Below, in pieces: positions 1 to 12,472 of a DNA stretch of 64,000 nucleotides. Both the position numbers and the translations under genes were made by a program. The notes beneath the pieces are model-generated. The model was not told the origin of the DNA and did not search any database. It saw nothing but the letters and a program-made list of their open reading frames with translations. Origin of the DNA: Epithemia pelagica (taxonomy: Eukaryota; Protista; Bacillariophyta); assembly GCA_946965045.2 (NCBI GenBank), contig OX337228.1:6014001-6078000 (forward strand), read 5' to 3'. Position 1 is the first letter of the stretch; each line of letters opens with the position of its first letter.

Positions 1-177
1 GTCCCGACTGACATTGTCCCCGTGTTGATGTTTGAACGACGAAGAAAGAGACTCTGCTATTGAAGTCTCTTTCCTCCTTGTCCAATGGTGAAGCTGTAAT
101 AACGCCCTGCAATAGGCTGCATGGAAACATGCGATGTAGTAAATGCTAACCCAGTAAAAGCTGAGCGTATTCATCAT
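1..177 (-). CDS. Possible 5' end of a secreted or membrane protein running off the left edge of the window
   Basis: ATG ATG at 177 opens a frame with no stop before base 1: MMNTLSFYWVSIYYIACFHAAYCRALLQLHHWTRRKETSIAESLSSSFKHQHGDNVSRD. The N-terminus is hydrophobic like a signal peptide. No family motif is visible. Confidence 0.35.
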   Translation of the reverse strand, partial: MMNTLSFYWVSIYYIACFHAAYCRALLQLHHWTRRKETSIAESLSSSFKHQHGDNVSRD

Positions 178-912
178 ATTCTATGATGTACAAGATACAT
201 GGTCGTTGGTCGTCTCCCCTCCTGATTTCGTGGAGGATGGAGGTCTCTGTCTGTGTCAACAGCTGCGACGGCTATATCAGCGACCGAAAGTGAAGCCGGC
301 GTGCGAGCCTGGGGACTTCCCGCCACAATCAGAATGGCTCGCGTCTCACAATTAATTCCCAATGTAGCAAATTGCAAATTGCAAGTTTACTCCTACTCCT
401 ATGATTGGGATTTGGGATGTGATGATCCTACGTGTTCCTTAGAACGAGACAGTCCTTAAGATTAAAGTGGCATCTGCAATTCGTACCATCCCTTTCGTTA
501 GCTGCTTCTGTTCGTGAGATGAGATACTTAGGGGTAAGATTCTATGGAATGGAACTACCGGTCTGTGTTGACCATTTGGACTTTCGACAAGTGCAAGGGA
601 TGTGGAATACCCCTGTCCTGCGGTTCGAAATCCTTAAGACCTCTAAAAAGTACTCCTACTTCTTCGAGAGCAGTACGATATTGGCGAAACGAATCTCATA
701 GAAGCTACTACTCTAGGAGTACTTGTAGCTCTAGCGAATAGAGTAATATGTCGTGTGTTATGTGCTCGTACAATAGCTAGCAAGGGACGCAAGTAAATAA
801 TCAGCGACTGCGAAGCCAAAAAAAAATTTCCAAAAAATATCCTTGCTTTTCGCATAATTTTCATAATAGTTCCTTGTTGCTGTTGTGGTTGTCCTCCTTG
901 TCATTGCAGAGG

Positions 913-3230
913 ATGACGTCCTATGAGAGCCTCCTTGGCCGGCTTAAAGAGAATGTGGAAACAAGAGGAGACAAAACAGCCGTGACTTTTCTGGAACCAG
1001 GAGTTAATGGTGGCAAGGTTCAGAAATCCTTTACGTATGCTGAATTATGGGCCGAGACAAGTAAAGTTGCCTTGACGATCAAGGATCAAGGATTGAAAAA
1101 AGGAGACAAAGCTGTGTTGGTGTATCCTCCATCGTTGGATTTTATGATTGCATTTCTTTCATGTCTGTAAGTGTTCACATTCTTGATTGACGATGATTTT
1201 GGAGCAGTTGTCTGAAACATGGCTATAGAAAGCTTTCTGTCATTGCTGTACCTGTTTTCCCTCCCAATCCGAACCGACGAGACACTCTTCAAATGTTCTC
1301 CAAGATTGTGCAAGCATGTGAACCCCAAATTGTTCTGACAAATAAAGAATACAATCATCTGAAGAAACTTTCGGGTATCCGTGACGCCTTTTCTTCGTTC
1401 AAACGAAGACCTAGTGATTGGCCTGAGCACTTGAAATGGGCCATCACAGACGCCCCGCAAAGTGGAAAGTCAAGTCTCAGCGATATCGAGGATCTTCCTT
1501 CCGACACTAGTGACGTTGCATTTCTTCAATTCACCTCTGGATCGACAAGTGAACCAAAGGGTGTGATGATCACTCATGACAACTTAGCACACAACTTAAC
1601 AATCATTACAAACGAGCTCGAAGCGTCTGACGACACTGTTGTAGTATCGTGGCTCCCACAGTACCACGATATGGGATTGATTGGATCTTATCTCGGAGTG
1701 CTTTATTGTGGAGGATCAGGCTACTATATGTCTCCTCTCTCATTCTTGCAGCGACCAATGCTTTGGATGGAGGCCGTGAGCAAATATCGAGCGACTCATT
1801 TGCAGGCCCCCAATTTCGCCTTTAAACTCACGTCTCGGAAATTTATTCCCTCAGACTACTCTAGGGAGTCTCTGGATTTGTCGTCAGTCAGACATGTCAT
1901 CAATGCGGCGGAACCTGTTGATGAGGAAAGTATCGAATCATTCTATAAGCAGTTTCGACCGTTTGGCTTTCAGGAAGTCATTTTCCCCACATATGGTCTT
2001 GCGGAACACACAGTTTTTGTTTGCTCAGGAGGAAAACAACGTATGACCGCTGATAAAGAAACGCTGGAGACAAATGGGGAAGTAGTCGTTGTCCAATCGG
2101 AAGGCGACGTTTCGAAGAATCAAAACGTTTCCCGGTTGATCGGCTGTGGATACCCCGCCAGGCAAGGAGTTGATGTTCGGATCGTCGAAGTTGAGACAGA
2201 AAAGGAACTGGAAGAAGGAAAAGTTGGAGAAATCTGGATCCAATCTCCAAGCAAAGCTGCCGGGTACTACAACAAATCTGAAGAGACAAAAAAGGACTTT
2301 CACGGTGAATTGAAAGGGTGCGAAGACGAAGATGGTTACCTAAAAACGGGGGATCTTGGTTTTCTTCACAACAAAGAACTTTTTATCACAGGGAGAATAA
2401 AGGACTTGATCATTGTGGGTGGGCGCAACTACTATCCCCAAGATATTGAAGGAACTGCTGAATCAACGTCACCCTCGCTCCGGCCCGGGTGTTCGGCAGC
2501 GTTCACTATTGATCAGACCCAAGCAGGCGGTGAGGAAGTAGCACTCATCTTGGAACTTAAAGAGGTCCCTCCTCACAAGGATGTCAAAACTGTTTGTGAA
2601 TCCCTGGCAAACGAGATCAAGTCGGCAGTGAATCAAGAACACTCTCTTGGACTTGCTGAAATTGTGTTACTCCAGCCTCGGACAGTTCCCAAAACTAGCA
2701 GTGGAAAGATTGCGCGTTCATGGTGTAAAAAGGCGTTCATTGCAGGTACTCTCAGTGTAGTTTTCCGAAAAAATTATTCCACTGAAAAAGCATCGTTGGA
2801 GATTGACTCAAGCAATGTCGTCGATCAACCTCGACCTATATCCTCTGTAGACGCTGACGCAATCAGGGCTTTAACCAAGAATGAGCTCGTGACGAAACTG
2901 ATTGCAGACGTCGCACGTGTTGGCTCAGTTCCCCCTGAGTCTATTGACAAAAATGCCCCAATTGTAACCATACTCAACTCTCTTGATATCTCACAATTCA
3001 AGGGTTTGTACGAATCAAAGTATGCCTGCAAGATTTCGGATGAATACATGTTTCGCGAAAGCACTACAGTTTCCAAGCTAGCTGACATTGCCAAACTTGG
3101 GCAAGCTCCAGATGACGACGGGAACAATGTATCACAGAAGGCGCAAGACAGTACAATTGTTGAAGGGAATGCAGGTGGACTTGCTGGGTGTCTTGGATGT
3201 CCACCAGGGGTGCGATGCACAATACTGTAG
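913..3230 (+). CDS. Fatty acyl-AMP ligase (FAAL)-like adenylation enzyme with C-terminal acyl-carrier-like domain and CaaX tail; 2 exons (913-1166, 1229-3230)
   Basis: Intron 1167-1228 (gtaagt...ctatag) joins FLSCL to KLSVIAVPVFPP. FAAL-type motifs: FLQFTSGSTSEPKGVMITH, SWLPQYHDMGLIG, APNFAF, NAAEPV, YGLAEHTVFV, TGDLGF, GRIKDLIIVGGRNYYPQDIE, PKTSSGKIAR. ACP-like segment with LNSL at about 2883-3100. Ends in CTIL*. Confidence 0.9.
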
Positions 3231-3350
3231 GTTATAAGTAGTTCAATTCTTTCTAAGAATAATTTAAGTTTATTCACGAAGTGGTACACATCTTGAGCTT
3301 CAGCTCAGTGCCCACGAAACGGTTCTTGAGTTCTGGGGGGTCTCTGCGGC

Positions 3351-4906
3351 TTAGGCCCAGACCCACAACCAATCCTCGTCGCTTCCATCTTGCGGAGCAG
3401 AGGATGATTCTGTACCGCGATGGTCAAGTCCCAGAACCGCAATAAAGCCACCGGGATGACGCTCAATCAACTCGAAACCTTCTTCGGCTCCTTCATACAA
3501 ATCTTTCTGGCTGGCAGATTCAGAAGACTTGTCGGCAAAGGAGTGCCAACTCAAAGCTCGCTGTGCCTTGATTTCCTTGTGAAGCTCCTCTCGAGCATAT
3601 CGGTAAAGCAGAAAAAGTCCAATCACAGCAAACAAAACACCGCCAACCATCAATGCGATGTAGAAAACGTATTCTCCAGTGTCATCTGCTTCAGTCCTTC
3701 GAATATGGTCAGTTGTTGCTCCAACCAACACCCACAGAACGATAGTTGGGATTATTCCAATCAAGGCAAAAGTATATTCTTCGAGCGAAATCTGGGTAAT
3801 GCCTCCAACATGGTTTAACGCATTGAAGGGTATGATTGGACAAAGGCGTAGCAGGGTCATGGCCCTAAAACCCTGTGTACGCATGGCCTCATCCAGGCAT
3901 TTGACAATGGGAAATCGCTTCGAAAAAAGTTCGACGAGGTCACGCATCATGTATCGACTCCGTAGAAAAGCTAAAATAGCACCCAAGCTCGAACCAATAA
4001 AACAGACAACGATTCCGGCGACGAGCCCGCCCCAGAAACCAGCGACATCACAGAACGCGTATCCAGCTCCAAAATATAAGATGGTCGGAGGAACAAAGAA
4101 CAGCGTTGCAAGCACAAAAAAGCCTGAAAGGTTGAAATTAACGCACGTTGTCAACAAGAACCGCTCCATAGAAAAGTCACTTCCACGTTCATAGATCTAC
4201 GTACCAAGAAAACATATAACTGCACCAGCAGGGTGCTCCGTCATCCACTCCAAAAACTTAGTGATGAGGGTCATAATGTATCCTAGAAAGAGAGAGGAAT
4301 GAGCTCGAGCAGTGGGTAGTTCCTTCGACCTCACAGCATATACGCTTACGTACCGAGAAAAATCAGATCAATGATCACATACATACTTATACACACAATA
4401 AGTGCACTGAGATGGAACGACGTCCACAAGAAAAAAGACACGAGATATCAGAGAATCAAACTTGTACAAAACATGTGACCAAAAGTCCTCATTGGTACCT
4501 ACGTCATGACCTTTTTCTTCCAGCTTCTGTTCTTGGCAAATCTAAGCAGCTCCCAGAAGAAAGCAACGTCTTCCTCCTGATTGCTGTCCTGTGGGGTATC
4601 GGTTTTCGAACCCTGTTGATTGTTCTCCACAGATTGTTCGCCTGCTGTCTGTTCTTCCATAGATACATAGTCGGAAGGGGCTTCGCCCGCCATGGACTTG
4701 GTAGATTTGCCCATTCTCATAAGGCCCGCTTTTTCTTTTCGTTCTCTGATTTGAATAGTCCTGTTCAAGTCGTCTATATCCGCGAGAAAGTCTTGGTGAG
4801 GATTTCTTCGGGTATTCTTCTTCTGTTTGGCTTTATCCACCTTATCCTGAACATAATTAGAAATAGACGAGCAAGATTTGCTAAAGAAGCCAAAGGGTCC
4901 TCTCAT
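3351..4906 (-). CDS. SNARE-associated Golgi / TVP38-TMEM64 (VTT/DedA superfamily) membrane protein; 4 exons, 5' end uncertain
   Basis: ORF 4499-4906 splices through two small exons (..WKKKVMT|ALIVCISMYVIIDLIFLG|YIMTLITKFLEWMTEHPAGAVICFLG|FFVLATLFFVPP..) into the 3351 ORF. Family motifs GSSLGAILAFLRSRY and LLRLCPIIPFNALN are present. Confidence 0.85.
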
Positions 4907-5400
4907 CGATCGAGACTTTCTTTTCTCCGGATGACGTGATCTTGATGGAGTATATGAATGATTGCCGTTGTCAATTGGAGAAAGGATAAGGATTACCGGT
5001 ACTAACAGGGGACACAGGGGACCAGAGACCAGAGTTCCAGATATTGAGAATTAAGACGACAAATTTTTGGTGGGGACGACTGGCTTGGACTATTCGACGG
5101 TCCAACTCGGGATGAGATACAACGCCATGCAGTTTTCCATCGTTATCGTTATGTCTTGCATGTGCTTTCTCGATTTGGCGCACGTCTCCAACTCCTACCA
5201 CCATGACGATCCAACTCTGACTTTCGCGCTCCCGCCGGCGTGTTCGGCCACCGTTTACAATCGCGCATCGTCCCTCCAGCGCACCTCTTTTCTTGCGCAG
5301 TCATAACGACCCATATGCGACCGGATGGATTTCCGCTCGCCCAAACCCAAGCGGTCATCCGACGCGTGACACATGATCCCACTCTCATGCTATACAAGAA

Positions 5401-6774
5401 ATGACCATGGTCGGCAAGAGACCGTCTCCAGAATCTGGTACCGAAAGCAACAAACGCATCATGACCGACTCTAAACCAATGACAAAGGTCCTTATCTATG
5501 GTGGAAAGACGGGATGGATTGGTGGACTGATGAATAACCTTTGCAAGGAAAAGGGTGAGTCAGCAATGAATCACGTCCATTGTTGCATTGGTGATCTGAT
5601 GATTGGCCTACGCTGGATCCCACCATGTAGTCTAATAGTTATTTTCTTTCAGGGATTGAATGTTATAACTCCGAAGTACGCATTGAAAATCGTGCCGACG
5701 TCGAAGAAGAACTTGATCGCATCAAGCCGTCTCATGTTCTCATGTCTGCGGGGATTACTGGCCGCCCCAACATTGATTGGTGCGAAGAACACAAACCCGA
5801 AACTATCCGAACCAACGTGATTGGAACGTTGAATGGTAGGTGAATGAAATAGATCGGTGCTGCACAGAGTCGCGCTTTTATTTTTGTTCTATCGGTTGGA
5901 TTGAGAAAATCTCATCATTTTCATCCATTGTCGATGCTATTGTTCAGTCGCCGACCTTACCTTCTTGAAGGGTATTCACTGCACGGTTTACGCTACGGGT
6001 TGTATTTTCAAGTACGACGAAACCCATCCCTTGGGATCAGGAAAAGGCTTTACGGAAGAGGATAAGCCTAACTTTGATGGATCATTCTACAGTCAGACAA
6101 AGGGATACATGGAACCCATGCTCAAGACCTACAGCAACTGTTTGATTTTGCGTGTTCGCATGCCCATTTCGGATGATTTGATTCAGTAAGTTCATGTCTA
6201 ACGGTAGCATGAGAGCAATGCCAGTGAGCGAATGATGAGGAGCATTATGGTGTCATTGGCCTCACAAGTTTTCGCCAATCCTTTGTAACATTTATTTTGT
6301 TCCATACACAGCCGTAGCTTTGTGACAAAGATTGCAAAGTATGAAAAGGTTGTCAACATTCCAAACTCCATGACGATTTTGCACGAAATGCTTCCAGCCT
6401 CTCTTGCCATGGCACAAGCTGCCCTTACCGGTGTCTACAACTTTACGAACCCAGGAGTTATTTCCCACAACGAAGTATTGGACCTCTTCAAAAAGTACAT
6501 TGATCCCACGTTTGAGTACAGCAACTTTACGATTGAAGAACAGGCAAAGATTCTCAAGGCTGCTCGTTCCAACAACGAGCTTGATGCCACCAAGCTTTTG
6601 AGAGATATGCCCGAGGGTGTTGTGATCAATGATATCAAGACTGCTTTTGATTTGTGTTTCCAGCGCATGAAAGCAAATCTTGAAAAAGAAGGCATTCTAC
6701 CCGATAATCTTCCCGCTGAATTCAATCATAAAGTCAATGGGGGAACCGGAAAACCGGTAACCAAGGCTTCGTAG
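5401..6774 (+). CDS. Nucleotide-rhamnose synthase/epimerase-reductase (NRS/ER, UER1-like 3,5-epimerase/4-reductase); 4 exons
   Basis: Motifs KVLIYGGKTGWIGG, ENRADVEEELDRIKPSHVLMSAGITGRPNIDWCE, ATGCIF, SFYSQTK, LRVRMPIS, VNIPNSMTIL, GVYNFTNPGVISHNEVL. Three GT-AG introns (starting about 5555, 5836, 6186) restore the frame. Confidence 0.93.
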
Positions 6775-7994
6775 ATGATCATCTGATTTTAGAAAGAATA
6801 TGAGAATTTAAAGTTTCTGATCATTCTGTTTGTTTGCCCGACTCCTTGAAACATTAGTCAGCGCGTTTCATCACAGGCTAGGAGGAGCCATATCGACGTT
6901 GTTGCAATGTTTCATTAACAAATGTGTCAAGCAGCAAGCTACGTCCATTGCCGCATTTCTTTCTCTTCCATGGCGTCAAACCTCCCAAGATCTATGTCGG
7001 ACTTCCCTGGGAGTGTATGGGACATGGGTGATCCAAGAACGTTTCTGTCAATGTCCCCGCTTCTTTATTTTTTTAGAATGACGTTCCATCGCGTACAATC
7101 CTTCCCGATTATTGTCATTTTGTATGCGTCAAACTCGTTGTATACGGCTGCGTGGGACATGACCATGTCGCACGGTTCATACACGTAAGTCGGACCTTTA
7201 ATCTGGTGTGAAGCTTGCGTTGTCATCAAGTAGAGGACATCTGCCTCAAGGCCAGAGAATTCTCGGAAGGAGTTTTGGTTATATGGGGTTCAGAATTCAG
7301 AACATGAAATACCAAAGAAGCCAAGTCACTGAGTGCCTGTGTGGATGTATAGAAAGGGGAATTTTCTCCGTAGACACTCAGGAATATGAAAGATAGTTGA
7401 ATCAGTGTATATGGTAGAAGTGCATCGATAGCATTCAACCACAGTGTCCCATAATATTAAGTTTTAGGGTCGGTGTGTGGCCCATCTGCCACACGCATTT
7501 GGTATCCCCTTGTTCGGATTTGACAATTCTGAACTGAAATAACTGTTGTCCGACAGAGATTCGATGCTTTCTTTCCATATAGCGGTGCATGGAACAAAGC
7601 CGTTTCTTCAGGTCCTTCTTCTGGAGTGGTGACGGACATGACGACCGCCATATTGCATTGGATGGGTCTGGCGAGCTAGGTAGTATGTACTCCTTCCCCG
7701 ACAAAGTCAGATTGGTTACACTGATGGACCAAAGGTGCGTTCCATTAAACCCTGGATCAACGCCCAAGCATCACAATCAGGATGGATGTCGAAAATCGGT
7801 GGATACCATCATCATATCCTAAGATCTTCTGGGTATATCCAAAATCCAAAATCCAAATGCGAAACAGATTGTACGTTTTATATGCGACCTTAATGTACAG
7901 TCTTTCCGTCGCTCGTGACTACTTCGTTTGCCATCGTCGCCGTCGGTTAAGGTTACCTGCAAATCTCAACCCATTGCAATCACAAGAATCTCCC

Positions 7995-9795
7995 ATGTAT
8001 CAAAGAGGTCGTCATCCCGATGATCGTCGCTTCACCAGAGGCGGAGGTGGACGCATGCCTCCAGGTAGTTGGGCCCGGGGTGGTGGTGGAAGAGGTCGAG
8101 GTCGAGGTCGAGGTGGCGGCCGTCATCATCATGAGAATCGACAACACCCGCCCGTAAAACAGTCCATTGATCAAGATCAAACAGTGATTGAAGAAATTCC
8201 TTCTCCCAATGGGAACAGCAGCCCTGCAGTCCGTATAGCAATTGAAGGATGCTGTCATGGGGAACTAGAAGCAGTCTACAGCCGTCTTCAACGGCACGAG
8301 GCCGATACACAACCAATAGACCTGCTACTATGCTGTGGAGATTTTGAAACCTTGCGAAACTTGTCCGATCTCCACACCATTGCGGTCCCTCCCAAATACC
8401 GGTCAATGGGTTCATTTTACAAATACTACAATGGTGAACTGGTTGCGCCTTATCTTACCATTTTTGTGTCAGGTTCGTTCGTAGAACGTCTCACAACCGA
8501 AACAAGTACCAACCATGATATTTCTCTCATACTGTCCTCTTTTTCCGTTCTCGTCCATCGAAGGCAACCATGAGGCATCACAGGCACTCAGTGAGCTATA
8601 CTACGGTGGATGGGTAGCGCCCAACATTTATTACCTTGGCGCGGCGGGTGTTGTCAACTTCTGTGGCTTGCGAATTGGAGGGATAAGTGGGATATACAAA
8701 CGTTGCGACTACCCATTCGGAAGATATGAGATACCACCTTACGATAGAGACACTCTTCGGAGTGTTTATCATGTTCGGAATGTTGACGTGTATCGCCTCT
8801 TGTCGCTGTCGAAAAGTAGCATGATGGAAGAGTCGAAAGAAAAACCTCTTCTCGACGTGTTTTTAAGTCATGATTGGCCGCTGGGGATAGAGCAACACGG
8901 CGATACAAAAGACTTGTTGCGTCGTAAACCCTTTTTTAGAGAAGAAGTGGACCAGAACTGTCTTGGGAGTCCTCCCAACATGGAAATCCTGTCCAGTTTG
9001 AAACCGAAATGGTGGTTCGCAGCTCACATGCATGTGAAATTTAAGGCCATCGTCACGCATGACAAGAATCCGTCCAGGAATCCGGTTTCGAAGAAAGGAT
9101 CTGAATCCCAGGACCTTAAAGCGATAACTCAGATTCGACCCTCTTCAACTGTCACGTCTGAAACGAAGAAAAGGAAATCAGTGGACTCTGACGACGTGCA
9201 GGAAGAAAACGCAGAAGATACCGCTGGCCAAGAAGACAAACCAACTACCACACAATTTCTGTCCACGGAAGGAGGAAATGATCCTTGCAGTGTCCCTGAC
9301 CTAACCGAGCAAATGACGAAATTTCTATCGTTGGACAAGTGTCTTCCTCGACGCCATTTCCTCACAATTGTGAACATTCCCATTCCGACTCGCCCAGATA
9401 AACCAAAACTCCAATACGATGTCAAATGGCTCTCAATTCTGCGGAAAACTCACGGACTGTCATCAAGATCAAAGAAGCGGGTCGATCTTCCATCCGATTT
9501 TGCTACGGTTGATGAAGAAGACATGGAATGGGTACATCAAAAGTTTTCGTCACTTGAGATACCAGAGAATTTTGTTCAAACTGTTCCTCCAGTGGCCAAA
9601 GGTAGTTCGATAGTAATCCTGCCACACCCATTGCCGCCTCCCTTGAGTCAAATGGGAAATCCACAGACGGATGATCTGTTGCGTATACTTGAGCTCGATC
9701 ACATTGTCACAATTCCCTACAGTCTTGGACCACAAGAATTGGACGTTGACGATCGAGATGAAATCAACATTGAACTCAGCGACGATGATACGTGA
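7995..9795 (+). CDS. DBR1: RNA lariat debranching enzyme; 2 exons (intron 8473-8563)
   Basis: Metallophosphoesterase motifs IAIEGCCHGEL, LLCCGDF, VPPKY, G|NHEAS, YYGGWVAPNIYYLG, IGGISGIY, LSHDWP, WFAAHMH, TKFLSLDKCLPRRHFL. RG-rich N-terminal extension. Confidence 0.96.
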
Positions 9796-9977
9796 TGTTA
9801 CAGTTAGTTGTTTCTACTTTTGGTCACCATAATGCCTTATTTAGTAGATATAGGGGGCGATACTTCCGTACGGTTTCCAGGGAACACAGAGAGTTATAGA
9901 ATTAATGTATCATTTGCTTCTACATTCAAACAAGTGATGAAACGACAGAAACTCATACGATGTGTGAAGAAAGCTGC

Positions 9978-12178
9978 TTAATCGTCGTCTTGACCCAGGA
10001 CAGAAAGGTCGTCAATGAAATCTTTTGGATTAATCAATGTTGTTCCACCCATAACAATTTCTCGGCCCATGTTCCTGGCGACTTCACGACCATGACGAAG
10101 CTCGCCGAAAGACAAGCCACCCAACATGAAAACAATGCAGCGTCCTCCCGTGAATTTTGTTTCTCCTAAATCATCACCGCGATCATCGGAAGAGGATTTC
10201 GCCCACTTCGATGACGCACCACCTTTTTTCCTCACACTAGCAGCAGCACCACCCCTAGCCGATCCCTCTTTGCCCTTTGATCGGCCCGACCGGCTCGACC
10301 GACTACTTGTCGCCGCTGTGCTCGGGGCCATGTCGGGCATTGGCATCACACTTGGATAGTCTTCCAAACTCAACGAATTCGACGCCAGATCCTCCATAAT
10401 AGTCTTGATTGGTGGGACATATCGACTGGCAGCATATTCGGCGTCTTCATCTGTGTCGCCACTCGACTGGTTCCTGTGATATTTAGAGAGGTAACAAAAG
10501 CAGTGAGGAATCGACCAAAGTACATCTATCACGTTTGACAATAGCAAGCACTTACACGAACATCGAAACAATACTCTTTTTCACATCCGCGGCAGCACCA
10601 GAGCTGACGATCGAAAGTCCCAGAAGTTCCAGGCTGTTGATGGTTCTAATGTGCTTCCGCGAAAAGTCTGCAGAGTTCATGAGACGCTTTCGATCTTGAG
10701 AGCGCAATCCTCCTTGACTGATGGTAGCAATAAGGAAAAGACGAAGCCTGTCTTTAGAACTCTTCATTCGGACAAGCTGGTCATCCACTTGATCCATCAT
10801 ATCACTAAGCGAAGGTGAGCGTCCTTCGTCATCTTTTCCTGTCGCCAAGGTTTGTTCGAGTTCTGAGAGGTCCAGTAGGTGCTGCTTCTTGAAAATCTCC
10901 ATGCATTCATGCGAAAGGTGCATATGCTGAGAGAGTTTGCTCATGACTTCGCGGTATTCAGGCAAAGCTTTCAGGGCAGATGCCATCTGTGAAAGAGACA
11001 TGTTTCCACCTCCACCTTTGTTGCCTAGATTCTTCCCCGAACTGGAGTTCATGATATCACGAATGCGATTTGATAGAGTTTCGATTACTGCTGCAATGTG
11101 CTTGCCCCGAATCTCAACCCAGAGCCTATCTCGTTCATCCAACAGTACGTCCTTGGTTTCAGAATCAGATGGATCACTAGCCGTATCATTTTTATAAGAA
11201 ATGCGATCACCATCCATCTTGAGTAGGTCATGGACCATGGACTGGTACGTGAAATCATGCATAAGAGGCGTGAGACAATCATTAGCACGATCCAGGAGCA
11301 GTAGCGTTCCTCGCTCACTCTTGGCGGAGCCTGAACTGGAGGACTTCGACGGCCCACCGTGGTACCACCAGTTAGGATTCTGTGAGACAAAGTCATCCAT
11401 CTTTTTATGGAAAAGTTTAGCAATCTTGCTCCCCACTTTCGAGCTCTCTGGGTATCGAATGTGGGGATATTCGTTCAGAGTGGCACAAACTGTAACAAGC
11501 CGATCTGCCACTTTAGTTTCAACAAGACTGCTTCCTTTTTTCACATGGAAAGCAGTAAAAGCATTCTTCATGTCAAGGGTAAACGCTCTTTCTTCCTTGG
11601 CCAGAAAGTCAACATTAATTTCGACAAGACCCTTGATTCGCTTCAAGAGTGGCTTGCAGTTCTTGATCTGATCAAGAAGACTATCGGACAAACGACCAAG
11701 GAAATATATGAAAACGGCATTTCCATAGAGAACTTTATCTCCACTGAAATCCTCGATCAACTTTGCAACGCTTTTCTTCCTTGGTTCCAGTAAATATATG
11801 GCTGCCATATCTGGGAATGGAGCACGCTTCTTATCGATCGACTCCACAATCGTGACTTTGCGCTCCATGATTTCGTACATACCCACGGCCGCGGATATTA
11901 CTTTCATCGCTGGGTCATCGACAATCAACACTTTCCATCCTGGATGTTTTTCTGTACAAAAGGAAAGAAATCCCAATCAGCGATCAAGACATCACAGATA
12001 TCATCAGTGACTGCGTCAAAGAAAGTCCACTGTACATACCACTTGCAGATCCAAACACGTCGTCAAGGATACGCTTCTGAACCAAGCGACGCAATCCAGG
12101 TTGTTCTCCGCTTAAACGGTCTGGAGATTTCGAAGCATTTCGGGACGAACTGCGGCGTGAAGATCGAGCGGACGACAT
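9978..12178 (-). CDS. SEC1: Sec1/Munc18-family syntaxin-binding protein (SEC1/KEULE-like); 3 exons
   Basis: Exon 1 (12178-12040) LRRLVQKRILDDVF joins WKVLIVD...VESIDKKRAPFPDMAAIYLLEP. Also EYPHIRY, LLLLDRANDCLTPLMHDFTYQSMVHDLL, HMHLSHECM, EQTLATG, SRYVPPIKTIME, FMLGGLSFGELR. Confidence 0.95.
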
Positions 12179-12472
12179 GGCGCTGGGATTGTATTGCTGA
12201 CTTTATGTTCGCAACGAACTCAAAGGCATACCATTCACACACGACTTGTGAAGAAGCGGGGAGGGTGGAGGGAGATGCCCGCGAAGAATGCAGCGGAACG
12301 GCCAATTTTTTGGAAATCCCGCTTGAAATTTTTGGGATCGACAGTCGACAAATGTCGTAAAGATTTCCGCGACTAAATTTTTTCGCACAATCCGAAGTCC
12401 AAAATCCAAAAGAAAAAAAGAAAAAATACAAATAATGGCAAAAGGTCCGACCTCATCAACATCAACGACACA

